Below are positions 24,819 through 34,547 of a stretch of 52,680 bases of DNA, one piece after another (the stretch's first letter is position 1; every line of letters begins with the position of its first letter). Location of the stretch: the IMG/VR virus record IMGVR_UViG_3300035670_000286, positions 1 to 52,680 of that record; one strand, written 5' to 3'. Source of the DNA: a virus (taxonomy: Duplodnaviria; Caudoviricetes). The position numbers and the translations under genes are program-made. The notes beneath the pieces were generated by a model that saw only the letters and a program-made list of their open reading frames with translations, did no database searches and was not told the DNA's origin.

Positions 24819-26704
24819 CCAGCAATCTCAGTAAATGTAGCGTTGCCCCTTACAGAAACAAAGTTAAGTTGAACGAAGTTGACAGAACGAACAGGCTGAA
24901 CGAAGATATCGCATACAAATTCGTTTGCGTTTACTACTGATTCTGGGTTGTTGCTTTCATCGCAAACAACACGGAATGCTGTAATACCACGGCGAGCCTG
25001 AACACTACGCAGATATGGAACAACTAGGTTAACGAAGTTGTTTCTTGTAATTGCGTCATTCTGATCGAACAGAACATTCTCTGCTGCTGATCCGATTGTA
25101 TTTTGTAGTTCGATGAACAGTTTACGAACGTTAATACGATTCAGAGAAGTATTCTTAACGGTGAATGTCTTGTCTCCAAACAGAACAGTACCCTTACCAA
25201 CTTGAGTAATAACTGGGTTAACTGCTGACTTGTAAAGCAAGTCTCTTTCAGTCTGATTTGGATTGAAAGCAAGACGAACTAGATTCTGAATGTTGCCGTT
25301 TGTGTAACCTGCTGGTGACAGCCATGGCTCACGAACAGAATCGTTTCTGCCCATGCAACCTGCAACGTCTGCGTTCAGAGGAACATAAACGTAGTTGTCA
25401 TTGTAGCGGTCATACTGATACTTCCAGCCGCTATCTGCAACAACATAAGTTGAACGTGTGATACTATCAGCCCAAGAAAGGATTGATGTTACTTCAGAAC
25501 CAGCATTGTTTACTACGCTTGCTCTTGTTGGTGAAATTGCAACAACTGCGTCTTTACGAACTTCTGCAACGTCTGCAATAACGCGATTAACAATTGAAGC
25601 AGATGCCTGACCAGTTACAACGATTGGTGATGGAACTTCTGACTTGTTTGCAAACAACAGATAACCAGTTGTTCTGTCACCATCTGTAAGTGCAGTACCA
25701 TCTGAACCGCCTGCTAGGCTGTAGTTCTTTGGAACTGTTACTGAGGTGAAAGTTGTTCCTGCTGCGGTGTTACCCCAATTTGAACCTGCATTGTCATGGT
25801 CAGTCCAGTAAACATATGAAGAAGTGTTGTTGATAACATCTTTATAGTAGTTTGAACCACCATTGTCTGCTCTTGCGTCAGATGCTTTAGAAACTAAAGC
25901 AAATTTTTCAACAACAGTATCAGCAGCACCAGTAATGTCGCCATCTTGATCGACAACAACAACGTGCATTTCGTCACCGGAACCTGATCTTGCTGAAGTG
26001 TAGGTTGATGTGCCTGGAGCCTCATCAAACTCACCGAAGTATTCCCAACGGCGTGAAGCAGTTGCGCCTGAAGCACCAGTTAGGTGTGCAGAAGCAAGAG
26101 TGAAGTGTGTTGCGTTTGTGATTGCAGAAACTTTAATTGAACGTCCTTCGCATACGAACAGATCGCCAACAGTCAGTTCGGTATTTGCTGCTGAACCTGA
26201 ACCAACAACAGCAGTAGAACCTGCGGTAACTGTAAATGTACCTGTAAGTGCTGATTCCCATGCAGCAGACGATGGGCAAGTAGAAACTTTCAGAGAGTTT
26301 CCAAGTGCGCCAGCGTATCTAGCAATCCATGGACCAACGTTGAACGATGCTGTATTGATATACGCATCATCGTTTTTGATCAGTTGACCTGTACCAGCGG
26401 TACCTGAGCCGGTAGTTGCTTCAGCGGTAGCATTCAATGCGGTGTTAGCGACACGGACAACATATAGAGGAGCAGCATATCCAAGATAGTTAGCGGCAGA
26501 AAGGAAGTCAACTGCATTTGTTGCATTTGGCTTACCAAACTGAGATACTAGATCAACCTCAGACTGAACTGCGGTTGCTTTTTCAATAGGTCCCCAACGG
26601 AATTGTCCAGAGAATGCACCAGTTGTTGTTGCAACGGTGGCTTGTGAGGAAACAAGGTCTTGTTCTGTGATCTTGATTCCTGGTGAGATGAGACTTATAG
26701 CCAT
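24815..26704 (-). CDS. g18: Tail sheath protein
   Basis: SPGIKITEQDL, F.WGP, FGKP, DSGWKYQYDRYND, PWLSPAG..., FGDKT, RINVRKLF, VCDESNN. Confidence 0.96.
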   Translation of the reverse strand: MAISLISPGIKITEQDLVSSQATVATTTGAFSGQFRWGPIEKATAVQSEVDLVSQFGKPNATNAVDFLSAANYLGYAAPLYVVRVANTALNATAEATTGSGTAGTGQLIKNDDAYINTASFNVGPWIARYAGALGNSLKVSTCPSSAAWESALTGTFTVTAGSTAVVGSGSAANTELTVGDLFVCEGRSIKVSAITNATHFTLASAHLTGASGATASRRWEYFGEFDEAPGTSTYTSARSGSGDEMHVVVVDQDGDITGAADTVVEKFALVSKASDARADNGGSNYYKDVINNTSSYVYWTDHDNAGSNWGNTAAGTTFTSVTVPKNYSLAGGSDGTALTDGDRTTGYLLFANKSEVPSPIVVTGQASASIVNRVIADVAEVRKDAVVAISPTRASVVNNAGSEVTSILSWADSITRSTYVVADSGWKYQYDRYNDNYVYVPLNADVAGCMGRNDSVREPWLSPAGYTNGNIQNLVRLAFNPNQTERDLLYKSAVNPVITQVGKGTVLFGDKTFTVKNTSLNRINVRKLFIELQNTIGSAAENVLFDQNDAITRNNFVNLVVPYLRSVQARRGITAFRVVCDESNNPESVVNANEFVCDIFVQPVRSVNFVQLNFVSVRGNATFTEIAG

Positions 26705-26754
26705 TGATTTCTCCTTGTTTTATAATGATGTGTTTGATACGGTTATTTTCATTT

Positions 26755-26762
26755 TATTTATA
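26755..26762 (-). promoter_or_regulatory. T4-type late promoter (g18) overlapping the g17 stop codon
   Basis: TTA-TAA-ATA gives TATAAATA. Confidence 0.8.
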
Positions 26763-28389
26763 AAAAATCAGATTTATACCTTTCCTCATACCAAACTTGC
26801 CCTGTGTCATCGATGATTTTGTGATCATCTTCGTCATCACCAGTATTTATAAAACCAAAGGGAGACACTTCTTCCTCAATCATTTTGATTCGATTTTCAT
26901 ACAACTCTTTTCTAAGATTAATGTTTGTTAATTCTTTGAAGTATGAATTTGTTGTCAGCCAAGAAAAAAGTACCAAGGGCATCACCAAATCGTCATGATA
27001 ACCGTCATCAGCCATGTATGTGTTTCTTCTTTGAATAAAGGTAGATATTTCTGAGATTGTATCTGCATCATGTATCAATAATTTCTTTTCTTCTACCATA
27101 GACTTGAAGTTAGAGCATCCGATTCTCTTCACTTTTTTATCGGTAATTACACCCAACTGAGTCTTTCCACCTCCAAAGCCACCTGTTACTGCTTGTCCGG
27201 AGGTCGTTCTATTCACCGATATGATATTTTCATATTCATATTCACTATATAAAATTTCTGCAACTTGTTCTGAAGTGTTTATTTCTACAAGAACATATGC
27301 TTCGTTGAATTCTTTAGCAACTTTGTATATAACTGAAGGATATAACAAAGGACTTATTGAATTGTCTTTGTATTTTCCGACAAGTTTGTATGGCATTTGT
27401 GTCACATCAATAATTTGAAATGCTGAATAGTCACCACCAACACCTTTAGCGGTGTCTGCTACCATTACATAAGTGTGATTTTTCTGTGCAGTTTCATAAA
27501 TGTCAAGTCCATCTTTGCTATAAACTGTAGGAACTGGTGACATTTGTGCAATAGTGTCTGCTGCAATGAGCGTGAGACTTGAACCCAAGAATTTGCACAA
27601 TACTTCTTGATTGAATTTGAGTTCACCAAGAAGTCTGCGTTGTTCTTCAGCCCATTTTTCGTCACGACCAGGAATTTCCCAGTATGGAATGAACAATGGT
27701 ACAAATCCATTCAGATTTTGTTCTGCTTCGTTCCAGAACTTCCAGAAATGATTGTATCCAAGCGGCGTAGACGATAGCAAAATCTTTGTGGTTTCACCAG
27801 CAGAGATTGTAGGATAAACAGAGGTGAAGAATTGTTCTGCGACTGTGTTAGGAATAATTGCTGCTTCGTCAACATAGAGCAAGTTTACTGACTTACCACG
27901 AATACCTGATGCGCTTGTTGCTGCGGTGAAGACAATTGATCCATTTTCAAGTGCAATGTCACCTTTGTTCCATGTTGTCACGCCTTGTTGCAGCCAAACA
28001 GGAAGGTTTTCATACATCAACTGATAACGATAAAGAACTTCTCGCGCTGCTGTAGCCTTGTTTGCAAGAATCGCAACTGTCTTGCTTTCCTGGAAAAGGG
28101 TATACCAAAGAATATATGCAGCAGAGGTGGTAGTCTTCCCCTGTTGGCGACCCTCCATCAGAATCACTTTGCGATTCTCGTGGATTATGCCGACTTTCTT
28201 TTTCTGACATTCGTATAATTTGAACGGCTGCAAACCATGGTCTAGAGTAACAATCTTACAATAGGTTTCGATGAAGTATATCGGATCACTAGCGCATTTT
28301 AGATATTCTTCAATCTGATCTTTTGTAAAATTAAGTGGTACTCCAGCAGCCTTTAGATTTGCATTACCTAGATATTGTTTTACACTCAT
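26758..28389 (-). CDS. g17: Terminase large subunit
   Basis: YLGN.NLK, RQQGKTT Walker A, LYVDE Walker B, SSTPLG.NHF, ADTAKG, HDDLVM. Confidence 0.97.
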   Translation of the reverse strand: MSVKQYLGNANLKAAGVPLNFTKDQIEEYLKCASDPIYFIETYCKIVTLDHGLQPFKLYECQKKKVGIIHENRKVILMEGRQQGKTTTSAAYILWYTLFQESKTVAILANKATAAREVLYRYQLMYENLPVWLQQGVTTWNKGDIALENGSIVFTAATSASGIRGKSVNLLYVDEAAIIPNTVAEQFFTSVYPTISAGETTKILLSSTPLGYNHFWKFWNEAEQNLNGFVPLFIPYWEIPGRDEKWAEEQRRLLGELKFNQEVLCKFLGSSLTLIAADTIAQMSPVPTVYSKDGLDIYETAQKNHTYVMVADTAKGVGGDYSAFQIIDVTQMPYKLVGKYKDNSISPLLYPSVIYKVAKEFNEAYVLVEINTSEQVAEILYSEYEYENIISVNRTTSGQAVTGGFGGGKTQLGVITDKKVKRIGCSNFKSMVEEKKLLIHDADTISEISTFIQRRNTYMADDGYHDDLVMPLVLFSWLTTNSYFKELTNINLRKELYENRIKMIEEEVSPFGFINTGDDEDDHKIIDDTGQVWYEERYKSDFL

Positions 28390-28787
28390 CTTTTAGATAT
28401 CAACTTTTGTAATTCTGCTGTGCTTCCAACGAATAGCGCATTCGTTACATGGGTTGGACTTTGTGTTTCTTCGTCTTTCTTTTGTTGAATGTCTTTCTTT
28501 TGCTTTGCAAGATTCAATAAATCTTTGTTTGTATCTGCTAAAGTCTTAATTAGTTGACCAACCACCTCATATGCTCTTGGAGATTCACCTTCCTTTGCTA
28601 GAAAAGTAAGATTCTCCATAACGTCTTTGCCATTGTCTATAAGAGTGCGTAAATTCTTTCTTGCATATTCATAGTCATCTTCAACTGTAGCATTTTCAGT
28701 TACAACTGTAACAGGACTAGTTACAACTTCTTGAGTTGGAACAATATCAAAAATGTCATTGAGTTTTTCGTCTACTGTTTTTTTCAT
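28386..28787 (-). CDS. g16: Terminase small subunit
   Basis: DDYEYARKNL, ESPRAYEVVGQLIK, NALFVGSTAELQKL. Confidence 0.92.
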   Translation of the reverse strand: MKKTVDEKLNDIFDIVPTQEVVTSPVTVVTENATVEDDYEYARKNLRTLIDNGKDVMENLTFLAKEGESPRAYEVVGQLIKTLADTNKDLLNLAKQKKDIQQKKDEETQSPTHVTNALFVGSTAELQKLISKR

Positions 28788-29521
28788 AGTAAATGTCCAT
28801 TCTCAGTAATTGTCTCGGTAACATTAAATGATGCATCACCCTCAAACGTTTGAGTGTTAATAATTGCTTCTTCAATGCGAGTGCGAACGTCTGCTCTATC
28901 AATGTATTTGTATTTCTGTAGAGGTCCAAATAGATATCCCTTGACAGTAAAATCAAATTGCCAAGTTAGAACTCTTCTACTATCAAAATCGCCTTCCCAA
29001 GTATCTTCTGAAGTTACGCTAGTTAATTCGATAGGAATGTCCATGTTAATTCCCAATTCAGGAAGAACTTTCATAGTGACAGTCCAATCTGGCGTAAAGA
29101 ATGGAACAATTTGCTCTACAATTTGTGTGCCGTCTTCAGCATTCTTGACAAAAGCATTTAACTGAAACTGCATGTCATATGGAACAGGAGCATAGGTAAA
29201 GTTAAAATCGTTACCTCCCACGTTTTGTCCTTTGACAAACTTGTGTGCAGTATTCAACTTTCGTGAAGGTGCGTATGTCATTGACATGAATTCGAATCCA
29301 AGTCTAGGATTTGTAACTGCAATTTCTCTGTTTAGAGTTGGGTCTCCAGTAATTCTCTGAATGAATTTCTGCTTTGGTCCATATTCAATAGGAACATTGA
29401 TTGTCTGAATTGTATTGCCGTTTAGATCATAGCGTTCGACTTGAATCTCATTAAAGAGATTACCAAACATAATTACAAAACGTCTAAGTGTTCCGTGATA
29501 AAAATCGTGTCCGAACATCAT
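28784..29521 (-). CDS. g15: Tail sheath stabiliser / terminator
   Basis: FYHGTLR...FG.LFN.I, VPIEYGPKQKF, PVPY, QIVEQIVPFFTP. Confidence 0.93.
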   Translation of the reverse strand: MMFGHDFYHGTLRRFVIMFGNLFNEIQVERYDLNGNTIQTINVPIEYGPKQKFIQRITGDPTLNREIAVTNPRLGFEFMSMTYAPSRKLNTAHKFVKGQNVGGNDFNFTYAPVPYDMQFQLNAFVKNAEDGTQIVEQIVPFFTPDWTVTMKVLPELGINMDIPIELTSVTSEDTWEGDFDSRRVLTWQFDFTVKGYLFGPLQKYKYIDRADVRTRIEEAIINTQTFEGDASFNVTETITENGHLL

Positions 29522-29523
29522 GA

Positions 29524-30339
29524 TTAATAAGTCCTTGTAAGAGCAAACGGATTTATTTCGGTAAAGTCTATAACATCACCATCAATAACTTTTTCACCAA
29601 TTAAATCATTGTCTGCGGTTACGTCATATGTAATGACAGATTCGCCTTCGTTGACAAAATATGTGCCGTCTTCGTTCAACATAAAGTCTCCGTCTTCAAG
29701 AAGAGACTTTTCAAGATTTGCAGTTGAAAGACTATATTGATCTTCGATTGAATCAATCTCAGTAACATCTGTGTTAATTTGTTCGCTGGAGTATTCAAAA
29801 CGATCACAGCGCAATTCGTAGGTATAGAGTTTACCCAATTGAAAGAAGTTTTCAATGTTTTCCGTGAAACGTATTTCATACATGTATTGCATCATTGGAA
29901 CCCAAACCAAATCACCTTCGCGAGGACGAATGATTGATTCATAATCCCATGCATCAGATACGTCATAAAGAAGTTGTTCGCCATCTTCATTTAAAAAGTT
30001 GTATCCATACTCAGTCAACAATGAAGTTTTAAGCGATTGATTGAAACGTTTTTGCGCTACAACAAATGTGATTGATTCGTCAATCTGTAGACCAAACTTT
30101 GAAATAAAATCTTCTTGACCTTGAAATCCATCAAAACTCTTAATGAATAGTTCCATTTCAATTGCATCATCAAATACTGACGATGGGTCTTCGCCATACA
30201 GCCTGTCTAAATTAGGATATGTTCTAGGCACATAATATGCTTGAATGCCATACGTCTTGATGGATTCAATAATTAAGTCTTCTAGGACATTTTGTTCAGT
30301 ATTTGTGTTATACTGATTGAAATAACGATTTCTTGCCAT
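29524..30339 (-). CDS. g14: Neck protein
   Basis: EQN.LEDLIIESIK.YG, Y.PR, SKFGLQ, RPREGDL, FFQLGK, FTE.NPF. Confidence 0.93.
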   Translation of the reverse strand: MARNRYFNQYNTNTEQNVLEDLIIESIKTYGIQAYYVPRTYPNLDRLYGEDPSSVFDDAIEMELFIKSFDGFQGQEDFISKFGLQIDESITFVVAQKRFNQSLKTSLLTEYGYNFLNEDGEQLLYDVSDAWDYESIIRPREGDLVWVPMMQYMYEIRFTENIENFFQLGKLYTYELRCDRFEYSSEQINTDVTEIDSIEDQYSLSTANLEKSLLEDGDFMLNEDGTYFVNEGESVITYDVTADNDLIGEKVIDGDVIDFTEINPFALTRTY

Positions 30340-30345
30340 ATGAGT

Positions 30346-31089
30346 TTAGCCAACCATATCTGAAACGGGAAGCGAGAATGTGCTAATCATCTCTGCTTCT
30401 AATTTGGTGATTTCTTCATTTGCTTCGTCCCAAATTTTCTGTCCGTTAAATGTGACTCCTCCTGGCATTGTCATGCCTTCGAATTTCTTAAGATTGTCGC
30501 CCCATTGTCTTTTGATCAATTGAGTTGCGTAGTTTTGCAGCCAGCGGTCTTTCCATACGTCAGAATATGTGTCAGGATCAACTGCTTCATATGCTTCAAC
30601 AATGATATATTCTCCGACTGTGGTTTTCTCTGACCAAGCCATGTCAATATAAAGTTTGTTTACATGACGATTATATCTTAGCGATTGTTTACCAACAAAT
30701 AGTTCTTCGGCGAGTGCAATATTCTGAAACGCCATGTAGTATGGTGCATAGCGAGTTGAACTGAATGCATAAAGATCATTCAGAGAAATTTGATATCTTA
30801 GATTGAAAAGATTGTTCGTAGAATAAGAATCACCAACGTCAAAAATGTTGATCACACCAATGATGTTCTCAGGTATGGTAATGTATTTGTTAGTCTGATC
30901 CTGTTCGGTAATTTGATGTGCTAAGTAAATCTTTTGTGCGCCATCAAAATGATAGTCGTGATAATACGCGAGTGCTTCGTCCACTCTATCTTCAACCTGA
31001 TCATTATCTACGTTGATTTCGAGAACTGGCTTGCCTAACTTGCGTAGGCAGTATTCAATGAATTCTTCTCTTGATGCTGGTTTTGCCAT
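30346..31089 (-). CDS. g13: Neck protein
   Basis: YCLRKLGKPVLEINVD.DQ.EDR, W.D.WL..YAT.LIKRQWG.NL.KF, PGGVT.NG. Confidence 0.94.
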   Translation of the reverse strand: MAKPASREEFIEYCLRKLGKPVLEINVDNDQVEDRVDEALAYYHDYHFDGAQKIYLAHQITEQDQTNKYITIPENIIGVINIFDVGDSYSTNNLFNLRYQISLNDLYAFSSTRYAPYYMAFQNIALAEELFVGKQSLRYNRHVNKLYIDMAWSEKTTVGEYIIVEAYEAVDPDTYSDVWKDRWLQNYATQLIKRQWGDNLKKFEGMTMPGGVTFNGQKIWDEANEEITKLEAEMISTFSLPVSDMVG

Positions 31090-31117
31090 GAGGTGAGTCC
31101 TTTATTTTTAACACCTC

Positions 31118-31125
31118 TATTTATA
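31118..31125 (-). promoter_or_regulatory. T4-type late promoter (g13 operon)
   Basis: Intergenic TATAAATA downstream of a terminator. Confidence 0.85.
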
Positions 31126-31139
31126 ATTCTTAGAAAAAC

Positions 31140-31167
31140 AAAAAACCCACCGAGTGGGTGGGTTTTT
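31140..31167 (-). terminator. Intrinsic terminator after the fibre cassette (potentially bidirectional)
   Basis: A6-CCCACC-GAGTG-GGTGGG-T5. Confidence 0.85.
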
Positions 31168-31190
31168 CATCAAATGATACCTTTTATTGA

Positions 31191-32741
31191 TTACGTCCAA
31201 GGCTCATCGTCTGGTTTAAACTCTAAGGTTGGTTGAACTTTAATGGGAACCCATGAGTGATATGATGTGGACTGACTAATCGTTGGATAATAATTCATAT
31301 CCGAACCCCAAGATACAGTTTGTCCTCTCATAATTCTTGTATTCACAATTCTAAACTGTGCTCCAGCCCCACCGTCTGCGTTTTGATAGTTTCTATGATA
31401 AACAAAGTTTGCGCCGCCAGCAGGAATAATGAAATATCCACCGGTGGAATCCTGATTGGTAATCTGCATCCAATGAACGTCTTCGTTACCAGTTCCGCTT
31501 GGAGTTGATGAAGCAGTATCTAGAACAAAACTGCAAAGTCCACCATGATAGTAGTAATATGGAACAAATACCGCAACTCTAGAGTTATCATCCGAGTTGA
31601 AGTGAGAGATACCATATTGCTGACCGCTACTGCCGTTATAAGATGTTGTGGTGCTGATAGTTGAAACTTGAGTCCATGATGTGTAAACTCCAGCAGTAGT
31701 ATTGCGATACAGTCTAAGTGTGCCGCTTGAACCATTGCTGTGGTCCCAACCAACAAGCCACATAGAATCATCATCGCATAGAATTACTTTAATCTGCTGA
31801 GAGCAAAAATCGGTAGTATAACCGTTACTCCATGATGGTAGCGTGAAGTCATGATATGAATATCGTGAACCACCTGCGTCAACTGCTGCATCCCACGCAT
31901 CAAAAATTTCGCTAGTTTTTGTTGCTTTGCTAATCTTCATCTGAAGATCGATAAGATGTAGTCTGAATGATGCTGTTGTATTACTACGATTCTCTAGATA
32001 AGCAATCTTACCAGTATTTCTATTATGGCAAATCATGCCGTAATTTCTATACGCAGAACTGTTGTTCGATGTGTCGGTGTTGGTAGTTACTCCTGGTGTT
32101 GCATATCCTAATCCTAATGATTGACCTGAAGGAGAACCATACTGAGAACCTGACCACATCTGCTGACTTACAAAAAAGAAATCTTGATCAATCGATGATG
32201 ATTGCCAGTTTGTGCTAGACACCATTGATTTAATAGGGCGTTTAAAAATTTTACCATTATATGCAATCAAGTCATACGTCTGATTCCATCTTGCTTCGCC
32301 AATTACAATTCCACTAAATTGCTTATTTGTGTTGGTTGAGCCTGCTCTATTACCAAAATAAAAATGACCATTGTCAAACGCATCAAAATTTAAGTAAGAA
32401 CCAGTTTGATGCACATATGGTGATCCAACATAGGCCGATGATGGAGACCAACTTTCGGATGATGTTTGAGATGTGCTTGCCGCAACATATTGAGATACCG
32501 ATGGTTCATCAGCGGTAAATGCTCTAGGTGCACCAACGTTTCCTTGTGAACTGCCGTGACCATAATCGCATGTCATCGGAACCGTAGGGTTCTTTGCAGA
32601 AAACGTTAGATAAAAATGATTTGTTGATGATGGGCCCGATCCGTTTGTAGTCGCAACGTATCCCCATACTGGACGAGCAGGATAGTGACCTAGATAACCA
32701 CCTGTCGTATTTGTTGTAACTGTGTCTAGTGAAATTGACAT
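31191..32741 (-). CDS. Putative receptor-binding / fibre tip protein, paralog B
   Basis: Ser/Thr/Gly/Tyr-rich beta protein, colinear with 32991-34520; downstream of the tail fibre gene. Confidence 0.6.
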   Translation of the reverse strand: MSISLDTVTTNTTGGYLGHYPARPVWGYVATTNGSGPSSTNHFYLTFSAKNPTVPMTCDYGHGSSQGNVGAPRAFTADEPSVSQYVAASTSQTSSESWSPSSAYVGSPYVHQTGSYLNFDAFDNGHFYFGNRAGSTNTNKQFSGIVIGEARWNQTYDLIAYNGKIFKRPIKSMVSSTNWQSSSIDQDFFFVSQQMWSGSQYGSPSGQSLGLGYATPGVTTNTDTSNNSSAYRNYGMICHNRNTGKIAYLENRSNTTASFRLHLIDLQMKISKATKTSEIFDAWDAAVDAGGSRYSYHDFTLPSWSNGYTTDFCSQQIKVILCDDDSMWLVGWDHSNGSSGTLRLYRNTTAGVYTSWTQVSTISTTTSYNGSSGQQYGISHFNSDDNSRVAVFVPYYYYHGGLCSFVLDTASSTPSGTGNEDVHWMQITNQDSTGGYFIIPAGGANFVYHRNYQNADGGAGAQFRIVNTRIMRGQTVSWGSDMNYYPTISQSTSYHSWVPIKVQPTLEFKPDDEPWT

Positions 32742-32744
32742 TTA

Positions 32745-32987
32745 TTATTCCCCTTCTGTTTCAGATACGGTTTCTTCTACTACCGCAGGAGGAGGAAGAG
32801 ATGCTAACCATTGCTGTTCTGCTTGTTCGTCAGTCAATCCAGAAAAAAGATCAATCACTTGACCTTCTTCTAGACGATATCTTGGCGCAAATGTTCCTGT
32901 GAATTGTTCTGGAAGTTGTGCGTCTACACAACCTTCACCTACTGCTACGCATTTACCAGTTTCGTCAAAATTTGCAAATAATGCCAT
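32745..32987 (-). CDS. Small acidic protein, possible fibre chaperone/adaptor
   Basis: 80 aa, between the two tip paralogs. Confidence 0.55.
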   Translation of the reverse strand: MALFANFDETGKCVAVGEGCVDAQLPEQFTGTFAPRYRLEEGQVIDLFSGLTDEQAEQQWLASLPPPAVVEETVSETEGE

Positions 32988-32990
32988 TTT

Positions 32991-34520
32991 TTATTCCTCC
33001 CAACTTGGCTTAAATTCAATCGTAGGTTGAATCTTCATAGGGAACCAACTCTGATATGATGTGGACTGACCAATTGTTGGGAAATATCTCCAAATCAAAG
33101 ATGTTGAAGAAATTGTATCACCAAACATTCTACCAGAGCAATTCAAATACATACCTGCTGCGCCAGAACCACCGTCTTGGTTCTGAGAAAGTTGTCCTAC
33201 CAAAAAGTCTCCATTTCCTGTTGGAACAACCGCTCTAGAGCCAGCACCTGACGCTTGGTCTTCATACTTTCTCCATCTAACATCATCACCTGAAGCATTT
33301 GCAGACTCGGTACTTACAATAAATCCAACGAGACCGGACATATAGTAGTAGTATGGTGCGTAGATGAAGATTCTAGAGTTATCGTCAGAGTTCATATGAC
33401 GAATACCATAGTTGTAACCTTGAGCAATATTATATGAAGTGGTAGTTGAAGATGTTGAAACGGAGGTCCATGTTGCATAAGTTGAAGTATCGGTACACTT
33501 ATAAAGTCTCATTGTTCCACCGCTTGACGAATCATTTTTGTCCCATCCGCTAATCCACATAGTATTATCATCACACAAAATAACTTTCATCATTTGTGAT
33601 GATTGAACAGTCTGTGCCTGACTCCAAGAAGGTAACGAAATATCATAATAGTTGTATCGCGAAGACCCTGCGGCTACAGCACTCTCAATCCAAGTTTTAA
33701 CTTCAAGTGTTGTGGTATTTTGAGAAATCTGATTCTGCAAATCAACGATATGCAGTCTCCATGTGCCTGTTGTGGATGAAGATTCAAGATAAGCAAGTTT
33801 GTTGGTATTTCTGTTGTGGCAGATCATACCATAGTTTCTAAAATAACTTGAATTGTTTGCAGTTGTAGTTGTTGTCTCTAATGTAGCCGCACCATAACCT
33901 TTGCTCACACCAGATGGAGAACTATACTGAGAACCAGTATACATGTTCGATCCGCTGAAGAAAAACTCAGGATTGACTGATGGTGATGTAATATATGCGT
34001 TATTCATACCGATAGGCATCTTCATAATCTTACCTTGATATGCGATCAAATCATAAGTTTGATTGAATCTACGCTCACCTACAATAATTCCACTATGAAC
34101 TGGTGCATAGTTGAAGTTTTCGGTATATGTAAAGTTAAAGGAACCGTTATCAAATGCTCTGAAAAATGCTCCGCAACCTGTATTGTAACTTTGTGGGCAT
34201 CCAACATAGCCTGATTGTGGAGAGAAACTCTCACTTGAAACTTGTGTGCCAGAACTTCCTGCAAAATAATAACCTGAAGTCATTGCTTCGTTAGAACCTT
34301 CAGGAACAGTTCTAAGAACGTTAGCCTGTGAAGAACCTGAACCATATGTTACTGTCATTGGCGTCCATGGGTTTTTGGAGAATGAAGTAAAGAAATGGTT
34401 TGTTGATGATGGTTGCGAACCATTGGTGGTAGAAATATATCCCCAAACAGGGCGTTCAGGAAAAATACCATTATAAAGTGGTGCGTTATTTCCTAGTAAT
34501 GTATTAAGTGTTGTTGTCAT
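32991..34520 (-). CDS. Putative receptor-binding / fibre tip protein, paralog A
   Basis: Shares RPVWGY..TTNGS.PSSTNHF, NQTYDLIAY.GKI, RNYGMICHNRNT.K.AYLE, KVILCDD, NSDDNSR and PTI.QSTSY.SW.P.K.QPT.EFKP with 31191-32741. Confidence 0.6.
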   Translation of the reverse strand: MTTTLNTLLGNNAPLYNGIFPERPVWGYISTTNGSQPSSTNHFFTSFSKNPWTPMTVTYGSGSSQANVLRTVPEGSNEAMTSGYYFAGSSGTQVSSESFSPQSGYVGCPQSYNTGCGAFFRAFDNGSFNFTYTENFNYAPVHSGIIVGERRFNQTYDLIAYQGKIMKMPIGMNNAYITSPSVNPEFFFSGSNMYTGSQYSSPSGVSKGYGAATLETTTTTANNSSYFRNYGMICHNRNTNKLAYLESSSTTGTWRLHIVDLQNQISQNTTTLEVKTWIESAVAAGSSRYNYYDISLPSWSQAQTVQSSQMMKVILCDDNTMWISGWDKNDSSSGGTMRLYKCTDTSTYATWTSVSTSSTTTSYNIAQGYNYGIRHMNSDDNSRIFIYAPYYYYMSGLVGFIVSTESANASGDDVRWRKYEDQASGAGSRAVVPTGNGDFLVGQLSQNQDGGSGAAGMYLNCSGRMFGDTISSTSLIWRYFPTIGQSTSYQSWFPMKIQPTIEFKPSWEE

Positions 34521-34547
34521 TTTTAAAATGCTCCTTTAGCCTTTAGA

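Noticed and set aside
26844-26851. TATAAATA inside g17
   Set aside because: It lies in coding sequence (F-I-N codons) and a better-placed copy exists at 26755-26762; it may be chance or a minor secondary promoter.
14909-28389. Introns, inteins or homing endonucleases in uvsW, g23, g20 or g17
   Set aside because: The ORFs are continuous and of ordinary length; no intein or HNH/GIY-YIG/LAGLIDADG motifs seen.
31191-34520. Diversity-generating retroelement or invertible tail-fibre switch
   Set aside because: No reverse transcriptase or invertase in the window, no near-identical TR/VR pair differing only at adenines, and both paralogs are in the same orientation.
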